Notes: generated by a model not told the origin, from the letters alone. A DNA stretch of 64,000 nucleotides from an uncultured Candidatus Actinomarina sp. (GCA_902582695.1 CACHTH010000003.1:16273-80272), one strand, 5' to 3'; positions 48,785 to 58,884 are shown, counted from the stretch's first letter. Numbers and translations are program-made.

Positions 48785-49555
48785 ATGATTGAGTTTAAAA
48801 ATATAAGTGTTACCTACCCTGGTGGTGTAAAAGCATTAAACAATGTCTCCCTTGACATAACAGAAGGAGATTTTGTAATAATTGTTGGCATGTCTGGTGC
48901 AGGTAAATCTACATTACTTAGAACTATAAATAATTTAGTTAAACCTACTGAAGGTGAAGTTATAGTCAATTCAAAAAATGTAACTAAAGCCTCCAAAAAA
49001 GAACTTAAAGAAATTAGATCCGATATTGGTATGATTTTTCAAACATTTAACTTAGTCAACAGATCTTCAGTATTAAAAAATGTACTTACGGGTAGATTGA
49101 GTCAAGTATCAACTCTTAGATCAGTTTTTGGCCTTTGGCCAAAAGAAGATAAGGAAATTGCTTTTGAATCATTAAATAAAGTAGAAATTTTAGAAAAAGC
49201 ATATGTTAGAGGGTCCAACCTATCAGGCGGTCAGCAACAACGAGTGGGCATAGCGAGAGCTCTCGCACAAAAGCCAAAAGTAATGCTCGCTGACGAACCA
49301 GTTGCTTCTTTAGACCCAATTACTTCTAGGGTAGTAATGAAATATTTAAAACAAATAAATCAAGAACTTGGAATAACAACTATTGTAAATTTACATTTCT
49401 TAGATTTAGCCAAGGAATTTGGCGAAAGACTAATAGGTCTAAAAGATGGAGAACTTGTTTACGATGGAAAAGTTGATGACGTTAGCGACCAAGATTTTGA
49501 AAATATATATGGTAGAGCAATAAAATCTTCTGATCTACTTGGAGAAGAAGATTAA
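48785..49555 (+). CDS. phnC: Phosphonate ABC transporter ATP-binding protein
   Basis: GMSGAGKST, LSGGQQQRV.IARAL.Q, LADEPVASLDP. Confidence 0.93.
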   Translation: MIEFKNISVTYPGGVKALNNVSLDITEGDFVIIVGMSGAGKSTLLRTINNLVKPTEGEVIVNSKNVTKASKKELKEIRSDIGMIFQTFNLVNRSSVLKNVLTGRLSQVSTLRSVFGLWPKEDKEIAFESLNKVEILEKAYVRGSNLSGGQQQRVGIARALAQKPKVMLADEPVASLDPITSRVVMKYLKQINQELGITTIVNLHFLDLAKEFGERLIGLKDGELVYDGKVDDVSDQDFENIYGRAIKSSDLLGEED

Positions 49556-50330
49556 AGTACCTAAGAAGCCGCTACCTTCTTTATTAACTGTTTTAGGTTA
49601 CCCTTTTGCAATTTTTTTTAGTATCTACTCTTTTTTACAAATTGGATTTAATTTAGAAGATTTTAAAAGAAATCTCGAAAATAGGAGAATTGTTACAGAT
49701 CCACTATTCAACCCTAAATGGGAGTGGGCAATTGAAAACGCTTCGCAGGCATTATTAGAAACAATTCAGATTGCAATATTAGCAAGTATACTTGGTTGCT
49801 TTATTGCGTTACCATTATCATTCTATGCCTCTAGAGCAACAAACCAAACAACTGTTTCTTATTACATATATAAATCATTTCTAAATTTTATTAGAACAAT
49901 ACCAGACTTATTTTGGGCTATGTTGTTCACCGTAGCTGTGGGAATAGGTCCATTTGCTGGTGTGTTGGCTCTGATTATGTTTTCTATGGCAATTATGGGT
50001 AAGTTATTGTCAGAAACCATAGATAGTATCGATCTAGGACCATTAGAAGCAGCAAAAGCAAGTGGCGCTAAACACAATCAAGCAGTTTTCAGTTCGGCAC
50101 TTCCTCAGATACTCCCAAACTTTACTGCTTACTTTTTATATATTTTCGAGCTTTGCATCAGGGCATCAGTTATTTTGGGATTGGTTGGAGCAGGTGGAGT
50201 TGGTAGGATAATTGAGACACAGCGTATATTTTTAAGATTTGATAGAATCACCCCTATTATTGTGCTCATACTTATTGCGGTAATAGCTATTGAACAATTT
50301 AGTGTATGGCTAAGAAGAAAAATATTATGA
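49539..50330 (+). CDS. phnE: Phosphonate ABC transporter permease
   Basis: ETIQIA, RTIPDL.WA, GKLLSE.I..ID.GP.EA, IRAS.ILG.VGAGG. Confidence 0.92.
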   Translation: MEKKIKVPKKPLPSLLTVLGYPFAIFFSIYSFLQIGFNLEDFKRNLENRRIVTDPLFNPKWEWAIENASQALLETIQIAILASILGCFIALPLSFYASRATNQTTVSYYIYKSFLNFIRTIPDLFWAMLFTVAVGIGPFAGVLALIMFSMAIMGKLLSETIDSIDLGPLEAAKASGAKHNQAVFSSALPQILPNFTAYFLYIFELCIRASVILGLVGAGGVGRIIETQRIFLRFDRITPIIVLILIAVIAIEQFSVWLRRKIL

Positions 50331-51130
50331 AAATTCCTAAACAACCATTTAATCAAAAAATTTTAAGATACATTATTACATTTCTGATAGTAATTGGTTC
50401 TATATGGTCAGCGTCTGGACTTGAAATCACACCTGAAAGATTTTTAACTGCTCCGAGTAAAGTATGGATATTAATATCTGCAATGTTTCCTTTAGATTTA
50501 TCAGAAGAGGCCTTTAGTAGAATAGTACCAAAGGTAGGTGAATCGCTTTTCATTGCATGGGCAGGTACTGTAATTGGAGCTATATTTAGTTTTCCTGTAT
50601 CATTTTTAGCTGCTAATAACGTTGCGTTAAATATGGTTAGTAGAGTTACTAAACAAATTTTAAATATTATCAGGGCATTTCCAGAATTAATTCTTGCTTT
50701 TGTGTTTTTACCTATAACTGGTTTAGGACCTTTAACAGGTACCCTTGCAGTAGGTATACATTCAATAGGTACCTTAGGAAAACTCTCATCTGAAGTGATA
50801 GAGGGAATAGACGAGGGTCCTTTAGAGTCGATAAAATCATCTGGTGGATCTAAATTAAGTGAGCTGTTATTTGGTGTTGTACCTCAAGTAATGCCCACAA
50901 TTACTTCTTACTGGCTGTACAGATTTGAGATTAATTTAAGAGCTTCAGCTGTTTTAGGTGTAGTTGGTGCTGGTGGGGTTGGTGCAGAACTTATTAATCA
51001 ATTAAGATTTAGAGATTTTCCACGTGCTGGCACAGTTTTAGTTGTGACTATATTAATGGTCCTAATAGTAGATACAATTTCAGCTGCAATTAGGAGACGG
51101 ATTATAAAAGGTAGAGAAATTAAGGTTTAA
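50327..51130 (+). CDS. phnE: Phosphonate ABC transporter permease (second copy)
   Basis: RAFPEL, GKLSSE.IEGID.GP.E, YRFEINLRASAVLGVVGAGG; start at ATGA overlap. Confidence 0.92.
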   Translation: MKIPKQPFNQKILRYIITFLIVIGSIWSASGLEITPERFLTAPSKVWILISAMFPLDLSEEAFSRIVPKVGESLFIAWAGTVIGAIFSFPVSFLAANNVALNMVSRVTKQILNIIRAFPELILAFVFLPITGLGPLTGTLAVGIHSIGTLGKLSSEVIEGIDEGPLESIKSSGGSKLSELLFGVVPQVMPTITSYWLYRFEINLRASAVLGVVGAGGVGAELINQLRFRDFPRAGTVLVVTILMVLIVDTISAAIRRRIIKGREIKV

Positions 51131-53491
51131 TTACTCTTCAAACCAATTTTCTTCAGTGTTAACTTCTTCTGATAAATCTTCGGATTCTGTGGATTGTTCT
51201 GAATCTTCAATTGTTGATAAATTGTTGGTTTCATATTCTTCTACAGTAATTAAAACTTCTCTTGCTTTTGAACCTTCAGATGGACCTACTATACCTTGAG
51301 CTTCTAATATATCCATTAACCTTCCTGCTCTTGCAAAACCTACTCTGAGTTTTCTCTGGAGCATTGATGTTGAACCAAGTTGTGAGCGTATAACCAGTTC
51401 TTTAGCAGTTGCTAATAATTCTTCGTCTTCATCATAATCTTCAGATGATGATGAAGAACTAGTTTTTTGTTCTTCTGTTACTGCTGGATTATACACTGCT
51501 TCTTTTTGATCTTTAACCCAAGAAACAACGTCTTTAATTTCACCTTCAGTTACCCATGCACCTTGGATTCGTTCTAATCTAGGGTTTGAAGCAGTAACAA
51601 CTAACATATCACCTAATCCAATTAATTTCTCTGCACCGGATTGATCTAGAATAACTCTTGAATCTGTTGTCGAAGCTACTGAAAATGCAAGCCGTGAAGG
51701 TATGTTTGCTTTCATAACACCAGTGATAACATCTACTGATGGTCTCTGTGTTGCAACTACTAAGTGTATACCAATTGCTCGTGCCATTTGAGCAAGTCTT
51801 ACAATTGCAGATTCTACTTCCCTACCAGCAACCATCATCAAGTCATTTAACTCATCTATAAAAACAACTATGTATGGAAATCTATCAAACTTTTCCTCAT
51901 CAAGTAGACCAGCATCATATTTTTCGTGATAACCATTAATATCTCTAACTTGTCCATCAGCTAATAAGTCATATCTTCTGTCCATCTCTGAGACAGCCCA
52001 ACCAAGTGCATCAACAGCTTTTTTAGGATTTGTAATGACCTTTGTAAGCAAGTGTGGAACATTATTGTACTGACCTAATTCAACTCTTTTCGGATCAACC
52101 ATAACCATTTTTACTTCATCCGGATTAGTTCTTACTAAAAGCGATGTAACAATTGAGTTAATACATGAAGATTTACCAGCTCCAGTTTGACCAGCAATTA
52201 ATACGTGTGGAAGTTCAGATAGGTTAAGTAATCTTGGTTTTCCTGATATGTCTAAACCTAGTCCAACATTTAATGGATGTTCAGAATTTGCAGCTTCTTT
52301 TGAAGAAAGTACATCACCTAATGAAACGAGCTTTCTTTGCCTATTTGGTATCTCTATACCAATAGCACTTCTCCCTGGAATTGGAGCAAGTAAACGTACA
52401 TCTGGAGTAGCTAATGCATATGCAATGTCATGAGAAAGAGAAGTTACTTTTGAAACTTTGACACCAGGTGCTAACTCGATTTCATAACGAGTTACTGTTG
52501 GACCTGGTACAACATTTGTAAGTTCTGCTTCTACACCATGTTCCTTTAATAGTTGAGTTAAGTCATTTGCAGTTTCTTGTAATAGTTTTTTAGAAGTTGA
52601 TACAGAAGATCCATTTTTTAACAATTTAACTGGAGGTAATGTATATGTGTCAGATTTGCTTTGCTTCTTGGCTTTTGGTTTAGTGGTTTGAGTCTTCTTG
52701 TCTTTAAAATCTTTTATATCTGATACATTTGAAACTTTTTCTTTGATTTTTGATGCAGATTTTGAGACAGTATTAGGTTTGTCATCGTTAATAACTGGAT
52801 CCTTGTAAATATCTTCAAGATATATATTTCTGGCTTCTTTTCTAGCTAAAACGAATGCATAAATGAATTTATAAATGTATTTCAATATTGCTTGGATACC
52901 ACCAATTAAATCTTTAAGTTCTATATCAGTCATATAAAGAACTGACATGATTAATCCTAATAAAAGTATTGTATGAGTCATTTGAAGACCAACACTGTTG
53001 GTAAGTGGATAAACAATAAAAGCTGAAATATGACCACCAGACTTTAATAACAGCTCTGAACCAGCGCTTAGTGACAAAGGTTGTGCATGGATTAAAGAAT
53101 GAAACATAGAAGCTGAAAATATTTGAACCCAAAATGTTCCAACTAACACTCTTTGTGCTTTTACTGTCTCACGATCTCTTATGAGTATTGCGGCACCGTA
53201 GAAAAAGAATACTGGTAAAGCAAACACGCCATAACCGAATGCCCACTGAAGCACATTGAAAACAACTTCACCAACAGGCCCTCCTTGTGAGAATATTGAC
53301 AACACAGTAAGCATTCCGAAGGAAAACATAAAAACTGCTACAGCTTGATAAGATTGGACGAATTTAGAAAACGTACTAGAAGTTGTAGATTTAAGTGTAG
53401 TTACTGCCCTGTCTACGTTTATTAACTTGTTTTGTTTAGACACCCGCTTACGCCCATTTACCCTTTTGCGAGTGGATGTCTTCACAGCCAC
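51131..53491 (-). CDS. ftsK: DNA translocase FtsK
   Basis: 4TM N-terminus, PHVLIAGQTGAGKS, IDELNDLMM, ATQRPSVDV, gamma domain LQRKLRVGFARAGR. Confidence 0.97.
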   Translation of the reverse strand: MAVKTSTRKRVNGRKRVSKQNKLINVDRAVTTLKSTTSSTFSKFVQSYQAVAVFMFSFGMLTVLSIFSQGGPVGEVVFNVLQWAFGYGVFALPVFFFYGAAILIRDRETVKAQRVLVGTFWVQIFSASMFHSLIHAQPLSLSAGSELLLKSGGHISAFIVYPLTNSVGLQMTHTILLLGLIMSVLYMTDIELKDLIGGIQAILKYIYKFIYAFVLARKEARNIYLEDIYKDPVINDDKPNTVSKSASKIKEKVSNVSDIKDFKDKKTQTTKPKAKKQSKSDTYTLPPVKLLKNGSSVSTSKKLLQETANDLTQLLKEHGVEAELTNVVPGPTVTRYEIELAPGVKVSKVTSLSHDIAYALATPDVRLLAPIPGRSAIGIEIPNRQRKLVSLGDVLSSKEAANSEHPLNVGLGLDISGKPRLLNLSELPHVLIAGQTGAGKSSCINSIVTSLLVRTNPDEVKMVMVDPKRVELGQYNNVPHLLTKVITNPKKAVDALGWAVSEMDRRYDLLADGQVRDINGYHEKYDAGLLDEEKFDRFPYIVVFIDELNDLMMVAGREVESAIVRLAQMARAIGIHLVVATQRPSVDVITGVMKANIPSRLAFSVASTTDSRVILDQSGAEKLIGLGDMLVVTASNPRLERIQGAWVTEGEIKDVVSWVKDQKEAVYNPAVTEEQKTSSSSSSEDYDEDEELLATAKELVIRSQLGSTSMLQRKLRVGFARAGRLMDILEAQGIVGPSEGSKAREVLITVEEYETNNLSTIEDSEQSTESEDLSEEVNTEENWFEE

Positions 53492-53526
53492 GGATATATT
53501 ATAACATAAAAAAGTGGAGAAAAAGC

Positions 53527-54408
53527 TTAATTATTCTTAATTTTTTGGAAATTATCCAATAATTTATTGGCTAATTCACTAGAAATGTAAGTAATAGGCA
53601 TTAATGGTGATCCAACATCTTCCCACGTTTGCGTAAGTAAGTACTTAACTGGACCAGGACTTGGTTCTTCAAATAATAAATCAAAAAGAGGTAAAAGTTG
53701 ATTTTGCAAATGTTCAGCTGATTCAACCTCATCGTTAAGTACATGGTTTATTAAATCGTAAATTTCATTTCCGACAACATGGGAAGCAACTGAGACAACA
53801 CCTTTTCCACCCATCTTCATAAACTCTATAGTTTCACCATCATTACCTGAATAAATATCAACTTTATCTTTGAGTGCTTCTAATTCATTTTTAGAGAACT
53901 CCAAATCCCCTACCGCATCTTTGATGGAATGTATTCCAATATCATCAACAAGTTTTTCTAAAGTATCAATTTCAATTAACGTTGCTGTTCGACCAGGAAT
54001 GTTATATGCCATAATTGGTAAGTCCGTGTGTTTAGAAACCTCTTCAAAATGCTTCAAAATTCCAAATTGAGATGGTTTTGAATAATATGGTGTAACAATC
54101 ATTATGCCGTCGACACCTATGTCATTAGCCATTTTTGTATACTCTATAGATTCTTTAGTAGAGTATGTACCAGTTCCAGCAATTATCTTTGCCTTATCTC
54201 CTACAGAGTCTTTAGCAGTTGAATAGATAATTTTTCTATCTTCTTTTGTTAAATTTGGTGATTCACCAGTTGTTCCTGATAAAACTAAGCCGTCAGATTT
54301 TTCGTGAACTAATTTTTTACATAGTCTCCACAAAGTATCGGTATTAAGGACCCCATTGCTATCAAAGGGAGTTATGACTGCTGTTAATAGCTTACCGAAA
54401 TCGCTCAT
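53527..54408 (-). CDS. dapA: 4-hydroxy-tetrahydrodipicolinate synthase
   Basis: TAVITPF, GTTGES, PYYSKP, YNIPGRT, IKDA. Confidence 0.95.
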   Translation of the reverse strand: MSDFGKLLTAVITPFDSNGVLNTDTLWRLCKKLVHEKSDGLVLSGTTGESPNLTKEDRKIIYSTAKDSVGDKAKIIAGTGTYSTKESIEYTKMANDIGVDGIMIVTPYYSKPSQFGILKHFEEVSKHTDLPIMAYNIPGRTATLIEIDTLEKLVDDIGIHSIKDAVGDLEFSKNELEALKDKVDIYSGNDGETIEFMKMGGKGVVSVASHVVGNEIYDLINHVLNDEVESAEHLQNQLLPLFDLLFEEPSPGPVKYLLTQTWEDVGSPLMPITYISSELANKLLDNFQKIKNN

Positions 54409-54410
54409 AC

Positions 54411-55160
54411 TTAGATATTAATCTTCTTAGCTATTAAATTTTCTAAACCTAGATTAAAACCCTCTAAATCGTGATAAAGATCAAGAACAACTTTTACTCC
54501 ATAGAGGTATGCTTTTCTATCATATACTTTATGATCTAAATTAAAAGATTCGTATTCATTTACGAAATCTACCTCTTGCTCAGCTAGAAATTTATCATCT
54601 CTCAAAGAATATATATTTTTGTTTTTCACATTATTAATTTGATAAAAGTCGCCATCTTGTTCGTGAGAGTTTATTTCTGGTGGCAAAGAATTTGCTAAAT
54701 CTAGTGCAGTACCAGATGGTGCATCCTGTTTCTTTCCATGATGTTTTTCGGTAATATTTACAGAATTAAATTTATCAGAAAGAGCTAGTGAGAAAAGCTT
54801 TTGATATGCTGCGCCTATAGAAAAGTTTGGTATCACTATAACTTTTCTATCTGTGATTGTTTTTAATTTTGATAACGTTTCTGAGCTCACACCAGATGAA
54901 CCAATAATTAAATCAGCATCTGAATTAAGTAGTGAGTCTATATTTTCGTTAATTACCGTGGCAGGCGAAAACTCTAAGACAACATTTTCTTCTATATTTG
55001 TTAAATCTTCATAGCTTTTATATTCTTGTCCTTTGTAATTAGGATCATGAATTGCTGTTAGAGTAAAATCGTCTCTTGAGTTTATGTAATCTGAAACGAG
55101 TAGACCCATTGAGCCCGCGCCACCAGATATCAAAACAGTATTTTGTGCGATTTCATTCAT
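54411..55160 (-). CDS. dapB: 4-hydroxy-tetrahydrodipicolinate reductase
   Basis: G.AGSMG, PNFSIG, E.HH..KQDAPSGTA. Confidence 0.9.
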   Translation of the reverse strand: MNEIAQNTVLISGGAGSMGLLVSDYINSRDDFTLTAIHDPNYKGQEYKSYEDLTNIEENVVLEFSPATVINENIDSLLNSDADLIIGSSGVSSETLSKLKTITDRKVIVIPNFSIGAAYQKLFSLALSDKFNSVNITEKHHGKKQDAPSGTALDLANSLPPEINSHEQDGDFYQINNVKNKNIYSLRDDKFLAEQEVDFVNEYESFNLDHKVYDRKAYLYGVKVVLDLYHDLEGFNLGLENLIAKKINI

Positions 55161-55208
55161 CTTTGATAATTCCTTATACTTATAGTTGTTAATGATAATG
55201 ATAATTAG

Positions 55209-57161
55209 ATGAATTCAAAGAAAAAAAACATCGAAGCTCAAATAGTAGAAGATTTTGAAAAGATCAGGCCTGCAATTACCAGACTATTGCAAACTCAAAT
55301 GAAAAATGATGATTTATCTATTCGATATGGAAGATCAAAATCTAACAGTAAAAATGATATTGTAATAAATCCATCAATACTTGTTAATACAATTTCAAAA
55401 ACAAATCTTGATAGAGATGAGGTTATGATTGGTACAGTTGTGCACGAAGCGATACATGCAACAAATAACTATAGTTTAGACTCTGAATCCTTAAACAAAC
55501 TATTCCCTGAAGAACTCGATGATGTAGAAGATATTGATGATGTTCTCGAAATACTCACAGGTCCCTTTGGAAAATATGTTTTTGACATCTTAATTCACTC
55601 AATCGAAGAAAAAATCTTTGTGAAACAATATGAAGGTTTAAATTCAATTCTTGAAGATATTTATACTGAGTCATTTTCAGAAATAAAAAAGCTTGGTAAT
55701 TTTAGTCAGTATCTTTCATTATTATTTCACTCAATAACCTCTTATATAGATCCTGAATTTGAAACCTACAAAAAGCCTGTCGTAAGTTCATTGAATGAAT
55801 CTTTACATATTTTAAAAACGTTGAACTATGAAAATGTAAATGTGTCTGAATTAATAGAAGCTACAGTTCAGATGGTTGACATATGTAGACGATATAATAT
55901 TCTTCCAGACTTAGACAACTACACACTTGGAGAACAAAAAGAGATTGAAGAATCCCTTGATGAAAGTGTAGTAAATGATTTAAGTAAAGTTCTTATCCCC
56001 TCCTCCAACAATGTGACAACAGGCAATACTTTGCAGAAATTTCTTGGACAGACAGAGTCTAAATCAACTGATGATAAATTAAATCTAATGGATGATCATA
56101 TATCCAAAGTAGGTGCCTCAACTACAATCTATTTTCCTTCAGGAAATACTGCAAAAGTCGTTGAAAATAAAATTCCAAACAATTACAAAAACTTATACAA
56201 AAATGGTCTAGAAACATACGAATCGTTATTACAACAATGGAATTTACCTATTTATAAAGTTACAAACAAAATAAAACCCTACTTTATACACAACCAAAAA
56301 AGACAAAGAATTAGTGGATTCGATCAAGGAGATTTATCTCCACACGTTCCAATCATGCTTGCGTCAGGCAGGTACGAGAGAATGTTTGAACAAAAACAAA
56401 GACTGTCTAATAAATCATATGCCATATCGCTTTTAATTGATGGAAGTGGTTCAATGATTGAGAAAAATAAAGATGAACTTCATCCTTGGTCTTTAGCTTC
56501 AGCATTAATTGGTGCTAGTTATCTGTCCCAAATATGTTTTGAACTTGATATCGATTTTGAAGTTTCTATTTTTAACAGAGCCTTTGCATCTGAGCATACT
56601 GAAAATGAAGATACATACAATAAAAGAAAATTTGCAGTTTCATCAATGTTAAATAGAACCTACGGATCTTCAGCACAAGAGCTTTATAGTACGGCAAATC
56701 ATTATTTTATAAAAGAGTTTAAAGACTCGTGGAGAGAGAACTATCAGCAATTTATAGGACTAATTGAATTTTCAAGAAACTTAAGAGACTCGATTGACAT
56801 AGGAATAAGTGAAGAGTCAATTCCACCAGTAAGTATGTTTGAAAAAGGAACTAACATCGATGAAATAAATATCATGCATGCAACAAAAAGATTACTAAAC
56901 CATCCTTCGAATACAAAGATGTTGGTTGTGCTGTCTGATGGTATGACTAGAGGGTCGTTGAGTGAACTTCAAAATAGTATAAACTTTGCGACCAAAAATG
57001 GTGTTGATGTAATAGGTATAGGAATAGGTAATAGAGGTTCTTGGAGAGAATATATTAATAATGTACAAATTGAAAAACCGGAACAGTTAATTCATTCCAT
57101 AGTAAACATCACAAAGGATATACTTATTAAAAACATTAAATTAACATCTGGAGTTGCCTAA
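55209..57161 (+). CDS. vWA-domain protein with N-terminal HExxH motif (CobT/NorD-like partner of MoxR ATPase)
   Basis: VVHEAIH; MIDAS DGSGSM and VLSDG; GIGIG. Confidence 0.8.
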   Translation: MNSKKKNIEAQIVEDFEKIRPAITRLLQTQMKNDDLSIRYGRSKSNSKNDIVINPSILVNTISKTNLDRDEVMIGTVVHEAIHATNNYSLDSESLNKLFPEELDDVEDIDDVLEILTGPFGKYVFDILIHSIEEKIFVKQYEGLNSILEDIYTESFSEIKKLGNFSQYLSLLFHSITSYIDPEFETYKKPVVSSLNESLHILKTLNYENVNVSELIEATVQMVDICRRYNILPDLDNYTLGEQKEIEESLDESVVNDLSKVLIPSSNNVTTGNTLQKFLGQTESKSTDDKLNLMDDHISKVGASTTIYFPSGNTAKVVENKIPNNYKNLYKNGLETYESLLQQWNLPIYKVTNKIKPYFIHNQKRQRISGFDQGDLSPHVPIMLASGRYERMFEQKQRLSNKSYAISLLIDGSGSMIEKNKDELHPWSLASALIGASYLSQICFELDIDFEVSIFNRAFASEHTENEDTYNKRKFAVSSMLNRTYGSSAQELYSTANHYFIKEFKDSWRENYQQFIGLIEFSRNLRDSIDIGISEESIPPVSMFEKGTNIDEINIMHATKRLLNHPSNTKMLVVLSDGMTRGSLSELQNSINFATKNGVDVIGIGIGNRGSWREYINNVQIEKPEQLIHSIVNITKDILIKNIKLTSGVA

Positions 57162-58150
57162 TGGGTTCACAAGAATTTATAAATCCTGATAATGAAAAAC
57201 AATCTGTTGAAATAGAGGAATGTAAATTAGATAAAAAATTAGAAGATTTTGACTCACGTAATAATCGAATTCCTGAAGTTGATGAATTTTATGTAGACCT
57301 AGGTATGCAGTACAGACTTGCACAGGTTATGAATTCAAAAAGTAAATCTTTTAAAAATGAGATTCCTATACACATAGCATTAATGGGTCATATGGGAACA
57401 GGAAAAGATCATGACATAGAACAATTTGCAGCAAAACTACGATTTCCATATTACAGAATTCCTTTATCAGGAGAAGTTAGAGACGTAACGCTTTTAGGTT
57501 CTGTTCAGTTGTATGGAGATGGTAAGGGTGGAACTGAAAGCAGGTGGCAAGATGGTGAGCTAACAAGAGCATTAAGAGGGCCAGCAATTGTTAACCTGTC
57601 GGAGCTTAACGCAGCAGGTCCTGAAGTTTTATTTGCCCTTCATTCGTTACTTGATAGACATAGGAAACTAGAACTACCAAACGGAGAAGTTCTTTCTTTA
57701 AGAGAAGATACATATATTTTTGGAACCATGAACCCCACAAGTTTGAGAGATTATGCGGGTACCCAGTCATTAAATAAGGCATTTGCCGATAGGTGGGTCA
57801 TATGGGACAAGCCCTTTCCGAATAAAGAACAATTAGATGCTATTTTTGAAAAAAGATATCCCAAACTTCAAAAAGAATATAGAGAACTAATCATTAAATT
57901 AGCAACAGAAATTAACAACTCATTTATGTCAGATGATATAAGTATCAATATAGAAACCCCTATGAGTTTGCGAACAATAGTAGAGAGAATACCTATTGGC
58001 TTAGATGTTTATGCTGACTCAGCAGATCCATTAAAAGATACTTGGGAAAATTTTGTATTACCTCATGTTAATAAAGAAGACTTAGATCATTACAAAACTT
58101 TGTGGAACACAATAGTTAGAAAAGGGCCTTCTATAAAACCTAAGCTTTAG
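57161..58150 (+). CDS. MoxR/CbbQ/CobS-type AAA+ ATPase with atypical Walker motifs
   Basis: GHMGTGKD, WQDG.LT.A, VNLSELN, TMNP...YAGT..LNKAFADRW, SLR. Confidence 0.88.
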   Translation: MGSQEFINPDNEKQSVEIEECKLDKKLEDFDSRNNRIPEVDEFYVDLGMQYRLAQVMNSKSKSFKNEIPIHIALMGHMGTGKDHDIEQFAAKLRFPYYRIPLSGEVRDVTLLGSVQLYGDGKGGTESRWQDGELTRALRGPAIVNLSELNAAGPEVLFALHSLLDRHRKLELPNGEVLSLREDTYIFGTMNPTSLRDYAGTQSLNKAFADRWVIWDKPFPNKEQLDAIFEKRYPKLQKEYRELIIKLATEINNSFMSDDISINIETPMSLRTIVERIPIGLDVYADSADPLKDTWENFVLPHVNKEDLDHYKTLWNTIVRKGPSIKPKL

Positions 58151-58589
58151 AAAATTTTATTAAAGGGATATCTCTGTTTGTTCTTTTTCTGTACATTTGA
58201 AACGTTGGATACACTTCGTCTAATAAACCCCAGTAATATTCTTTTTCGGAAGACTCGATTAATTCGTAAGTAGCTTCGAAGCGTTCATTGTTTATTGTGA
58301 TAAATGGATTGTCAGTTGAAAGGTTATAAAACCAATCTGGTGTTTTATCATTTCCACTATATGAAGCTGCAACTATAAAATCATTTTCAAAATTTGCATA
58401 AGTTAAAGGTGTTTTTCTAACTTGATTAGTTTTACTCCCAATAGTTTCAAGTAAGAGAATATGGTCCCCTATTATTTTTTCACCAAGGAAAGAGTGATTG
58501 AATCTTATAATTTTGGAGTGAATTTTTGAGATTAACTTATAAAACCATTCCGGCCAGAGATGTGCTGACTTGCCTAGTAATCTCCACAT
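58140..58589 (-). CDS. Deazaflavin (F420)-dependent nitroreductase family protein
   Basis: LLLETIG.KT...R.TPL, AASYSG....PDWFYNL, YP.F..Y...T.RDIP. Confidence 0.88.
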   Translation of the reverse strand: MWRLLGKSAHLWPEWFYKLISKIHSKIIRFNHSFLGEKIIGDHILLLETIGSKTNQVRKTPLTYANFENDFIVAASYSGNDKTPDWFYNLSTDNPFITINNERFEATYELIESSEKEYYWGLLDEVYPTFQMYRKRTNRDIPLIKFSKA

Positions 58590-58601
58590 TGATTACTTAA
58601 T

Positions 58602-58817
58602 TTAAAAATCTTCCTGATTTTCTTCTTGATCTTTAAATTTTGGGTCGTACTTTTTGAAAAAATCTTTTAATTTATTTTCTAAATCATCAGTTTCTAAATT
58701 TGCTAATTCATTTCTAAGCTTTTTAATTTGGATTTTAATATCGACGTTTTCATCCATAAGCCTTAAAACATATCTCAATCCAAGTGCTAAAAGAACAAAT
58801 TTAAAGATTTTCTTCAT
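58602..58817 (-). CDS. Hypothetical small protein
   Basis: N-terminal hydrophobic helix + coiled coil; TATGAT box 6 nt upstream. Confidence 0.55.
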   Translation of the reverse strand: MKKIFKFVLLALGLRYVLRLMDENVDIKIQIKKLRNELANLETDDLENKLKDFFKKYDPKFKDQEENQEDF

Positions 58818-58884
58818 AAATGCATCATAAATAGAAACTTATTTTAAAAAAAGTTTTTTTTGATGAAATTGCCACTGGAGTTAA

